A stretch of 64,000 bases of DNA from the human T2T-CHM13v2.0 reference genome, Homo sapiens. Of the stretch, positions 59,656-64,000 are shown piece after piece. Location of the stretch: NCBI RefSeq assembly GCF_009914755.1, contig NC_060936.1. The stretch is one strand, 5' to 3'. Positions within the stretch are counted from its first letter, which is position 1. The number at the start of each line of letters is the position of its first letter. A program made the translations under genes and the position numbers. The notes beneath the pieces were generated by a model, which ran no database searches, was not told the origin of the DNA, and was given only the letters and a program-made list of their open reading frames with translations.

Positions 59656-60192
59656 TTAACTGTATAAGAAATGGAAAATTATTAAAACTTTAAAAATAAC
59701 CAAATAACATTTACTTCAATATGAAATGCTTCACTAGGAGACATTATGAGGTAGTCAAATACTTACTCCCACTGAGAATGAATAAGTTTAATTTTAAGAG
59801 TTGACTTGAGAGTATTCTGAATAAGAAGAAATGGAAAATAAATGAAAGGGCAGAAGTCACACAGGCACTGGAATAAAAATTGCCATAAGGATAAGAATTC
59901 AGAGACCAGGCTTATTTGTATAGATAATAATAAGCACAAAATAATCTTAATTTAAACAGGAAAAAATAGGCCAAGCTAAATTATAACTTGTTGCAGTGGG
60001 AAAAAAATGAGAAAAAAAAAAACCCCCATTTTTTTCAGATGAGCTATGGGTCCTACAAAACTGTCCATAGGAAACTGGAATGTCACACAGAGTAAGGGAC
60101 AATTCTTCATGATATGAAACCACTGCACATGCTGCAGGACACCTGTCAACCCAGGCCCTGCCTATCTATAATGGCCAACAGGAAACCCCGGT

Positions 60193-60274
60193 GATGATGA
60201 CAGCCAGAGACACACCCCACAACCTCCAAAGAGATGATCACAGCCAGAGACATACCCCACAACCTCCAAAGAGA
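60193..60274. repeat. 40-bp tandem duplication
   Basis: GATGAT(G/C)ACAGCCAGAGACA(C/T)ACCCCACAACCTCCAAAGA x2. Confidence 0.9.
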
Positions 60275-60602
60275 AGCTGAACTTGCTTCATGTCTAAGAT
60301 CCATAGGTGAGTTTAACTGTACTTAGGGGGGCCCTTCTCCAGCCTGGGTGGGCTTCTGGTCAGAAGTGGTCATTTTATGTTCTTTCTTCCAGCAGAAAAT
60401 GCTACTTTTCTGCACTGAGATCTTTCATGTAAAGACCCGAAGGTGGGTTCAATGAGGATGGAAAGCACCAGGTGGGGAGTCTCCTTGAGGAATGGATGGG
60501 TTCTTAAAAGAGACGAGGGGAGCAGGCAGGGATTCTTTGCTCTTTTCACAATGGGATAGTGGGACAGGCTCCACATGAAACTTGTAGCCACACCCACCTT
60601 CC

Positions 60603-60670
60603 ATCTGATCACCCAGCTGGGGGCTCTGGCCAGGGATCTGATCACCCACCTGGGGACTCTGGCCGGGGAT
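60603..60670. repeat. 33-bp tandem duplication
   Basis: ATCTGATCACCCA(G/C)CTGGGG(G/A)CTCTGGCC(A/G)GGG x2. Confidence 0.9.
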
Positions 60671-63600
60671 GCTGAGTGGGTTTGCAGCGGGAATGCTCTC
60701 TAGATCAGTCCATGGAAGGGTGAAGATCAGGAAAGGCTGCTGTCAGGAAGTCCGTCCAAACAGGGATGAGGTCAACATGGCTGCCATCCTCTTAGCTAAG
60801 CCATTCCTGACCCTTTTCCTGGACGTCTCCCACTGTGCAATGGCGGCTTTTTCCTGCCTTGCCCTGATGACGAAGGTGGCTTGTTGAGCCTGTGTCGCGA
60901 CACATAACTCCTCCTTGTGTAGGCTCACTGCTGGGCTCTGAAAAGGTGTGGCCAAGCAAGCAGTCAATCTGTGAATGGGAGCGCTCTTATCTAGAAACAC
61001 AAACGCAGCTTCCTGTGTTCACGGCATCCTGGGGTGCACCGGGACACTTCCACCTGCAAAGCAGTCCCCTTGAGTCCTCCATATTCAAAGGGATGTCCAC
61101 TGAGCAATTAATGGCTTGAAAACAGTGTTTGGAGTGTTGGGAATGTATCAGAGGCAAACCAGAGAGGATGTATGTAGAGCAGCTAAGAAATTCAAATGAA
61201 ATAAGACTGCAGGAGAGACACAGGTGAGCTTGCATGGACAGCAGGGGAACTGGCAGGACTGATTAATGCTCATGGTGTATAGATATGAGATTCTGTTTAG
61301 ATCTTTCTAAGCTCATGTTGATAGAATCACCCTCTTCCTGCCCAATGTCTCTCTCCACTGGCTACTGCTTACTGCAGATTTGCAAGGGAGCAGACACCAC
61401 AGAGATATTCACTGTGCCCAGCCCCATCATCACAAAACTTTTAAAGCATAGAGAGCAGCTTTCCCTGCAGAAATAAAGGGCAAATGGAGAAACTGCAGGC
61501 AGGGAAGACATATGAGTAAATACAGGGTTTTCTTGTATCTTAGTATGAGTTATGGAATGTGCCACTGACATAAAGTCAGGCCCCATTTAATGATCTCTTC
61601 CCACTTAGTATTTGTAACCCAAATGTCCATGGCAAATGCTATTGTTGACTGCTGCCTCTATACACAAGACAATAACATGCAAATATCACACAACTCTATT
61701 GCAAAGGGATATTTAGAATCTTTTAAAAGATGTCATATTTAATAAAAACAGTGAGTAAAATCTTGGAGAAAACCATTTGTACTACTTGATCCCCACATAA
61801 AATGATTGACAAACAAGAATAGGGTAGAATTAAATATGTTAGGGTTCAAAAAAGAGGCAAATCAACAAGGATGATGACAAATTTGGCACTTCAAAACACG
61901 CGATGTGCCTGACAAAAGCTCAAGATAAGCCTTTTAGAAAACTTGATGAAGACATAGATTACTTTTTCAAAATCAATCAAAATTGAAGGAGCATTCACGA
62001 TCTTGTTTACTTATTTATTTATTTTTCTGAGAGGTTGCTTCTCCAACGCAATCCATACTGGTTTCACTTAGTCTTTACCTAGGAATAAACCCATGGTTCT
62101 AATTATAACTCTTGTTTACGATAAAATACCTTATCTTTTCAGTTTCAAGTGTCATTTCTAAAGATAAGTCATTTCTAAAGATCGGTTCCCAATCAAATCT
62201 TGTTGATTCCTATTTTTATTACACTCTTTCAACTTGTCTTGCATAGAGTGACTTTAAATGGTCTTTCATGGATACCTATTAATCCTGGTTAAAGAGAGTT
62301 TCCAACACTCAGAAGTACAAGGCAATTGGGGCTGTGGTGGGAGGAAGAACTAGGAGCCTCAAAAGTGAGGCAATATTCTATTTAAAAGTGAAATGTCCTT
62401 GAAGTCCTCTTGGAGCAGCCCCCACCCACCCGCCCACCCCCGTCTGAAAGTGTTTTCCACACGTGAGCTGGAATCTCTGCTACAGACAAATATAGAAACA
62501 AAATAAAGCTAACTCTTTCATCTCCACATCATGACATTTAAAAAAAAAACATATTCGCCTGGAAATGAAGATATATTTTATTTTTATATATTTCTTTTTT
62601 GTTGGGAGTCTTTTTCTTATTTTAAAAAAACAATTTGTATGCCACAGACACATTAGCATTCTTGCTAGGGCTGCAGACTGTTCGAGATCACATCTTGCCT
62701 GCATAAACAGGTATCTGGGATGCCTTAAACTCTTTCTGCTCAGCATCTGTGATGAAGCCCTAGATGAGACTTGGGCAGAAAACACAAAATCAGAATACGG
62801 TAGAATTGGCAAGGAATGTAAGCAAACCAATTATACACAATTAGTTTCTGAATATCTAAATCTCTCCACTTCAGGGATTAGAAAAGGGGTCTATCTTTGA
62901 AGTACCAGCTCTGCCTGCAGACTCCTTCAACCTTCTAACTTTAATTGACAATTGCACATGGTACAGCATTTCCCAGTTGACTTAGTTCTCAAGAATTTTT
63001 AATTAGAAGTTTTTCATCTGCTACATCTGGCAACTCAGTGCTTCTTCATACACTCCTTCCTCCATCTTTGTTTATTGTGTTAGTATTTTTAGAGAAAACA
63101 CATTCGGAACAATTTCTCTACACTCCATCTAAGCAGAATACGTCACCAGGTCAAAAGAAGGCAGCTTTGCTTGACAAGCGTCTTTGGTGTCTAGCCTTAG
63201 GGAAAGCGACATCACAGCTCACATGTGACAGTAACTGGACTGTCTCCAGCAAGCAAGTGAGCTTGTGTCCCCAAACGTCTGCACCTGACAGCTAAATTGC
63301 ATGTGGCCTCTGAAGCATGTAAAATCTAACACCGTCAGCTCAATACTGAAATAAGTGACGAGCAAAGACCATTTTCCTTATGTAGCCACGATCTCTTTAA
63401 GCATGCAGTTGAATTGCTAGAGTAAAAGAAATGCTTTACATTCATTTGAAAATGCAAACAGGATTATTAATTGATAGTGATGATCACTGCTAAATCTACT
63501 AATGGTTTTCTCAACTCCCATCTGATATGACAAATGAAAGTGCTGAGAGGCTCAGATGTTTGATTCTTTTGTGGTAAAAAAAATAATTCCAATATGTATC

Positions 63601-64000
63601 TAGTTGATTCCTCATATGAAAGAGATGATTCTGTTTCTTTAGGCTTAGCTGTTAAATTCCCAAGTGAAAAAGCTATGCCACGTCTATGATCAATACATAA
63701 TTGTGTTTCGGCCTTCAAGTGCTCAAGGTCTGAGGTTGAAGAATTAATTTGCTGGTTGAGGTTAATAGAATGTCAATTAATTTCTTGGTATAAATGTCAA
63801 TACATTCAGTTAAGCCTTGTGATTTAAATATAATTAAAGATAAACTTTAAGTCAATGTTGGCTTTTTCGTTTTGGGTATGGTGAGGGATTTACTAAAATC
63901 TCAGAAAGCCACAGGGAAAAAGGATTTGATCAAGAAGTTTGCTTTTCTCATACAACCAGTTAGGCATGTTTGTTATCAGTTTCATGTGAAGGAAACAGAA

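Overview
Human genomic DNA (a human-specific AluYa5 is present); there are no prokaryotic features, CRISPR arrays or RNA genes. The only host coding sequence is one 184-bp minus-strand exon (37593-37776) with canonical splice sites, encoding (S)[62 protein letters not shown] recognise it as an internal exon of TMEM132D (probably exon 4, 12q24.33, from memory). The rest is intronic and repeat-dominated: about 16 Alus, a near full-length L1PB (13.1-19.4 kb), a two-LTR ERV1 provirus of the MER41/MER66 group (41.5-53.1 kb) carrying three L1s and an Alu, older L2/L3/MIR/MaLR/hAT relics and several tandem repeats. I found no convincing new gene system. The most notable items are: a very homogeneous 34-copy 35-bp VNTR born inside an L2 relic and open in all three plus-strand frames; four neighbouring L1PA insertions that all have twin-priming inversions; a (UG)~25 tract 160 nt downstream of the exon donor; two very young Alus; and several local templated or inverted duplications. 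Repeat subfamily names and percent identities are by-eye estimates, not database results.
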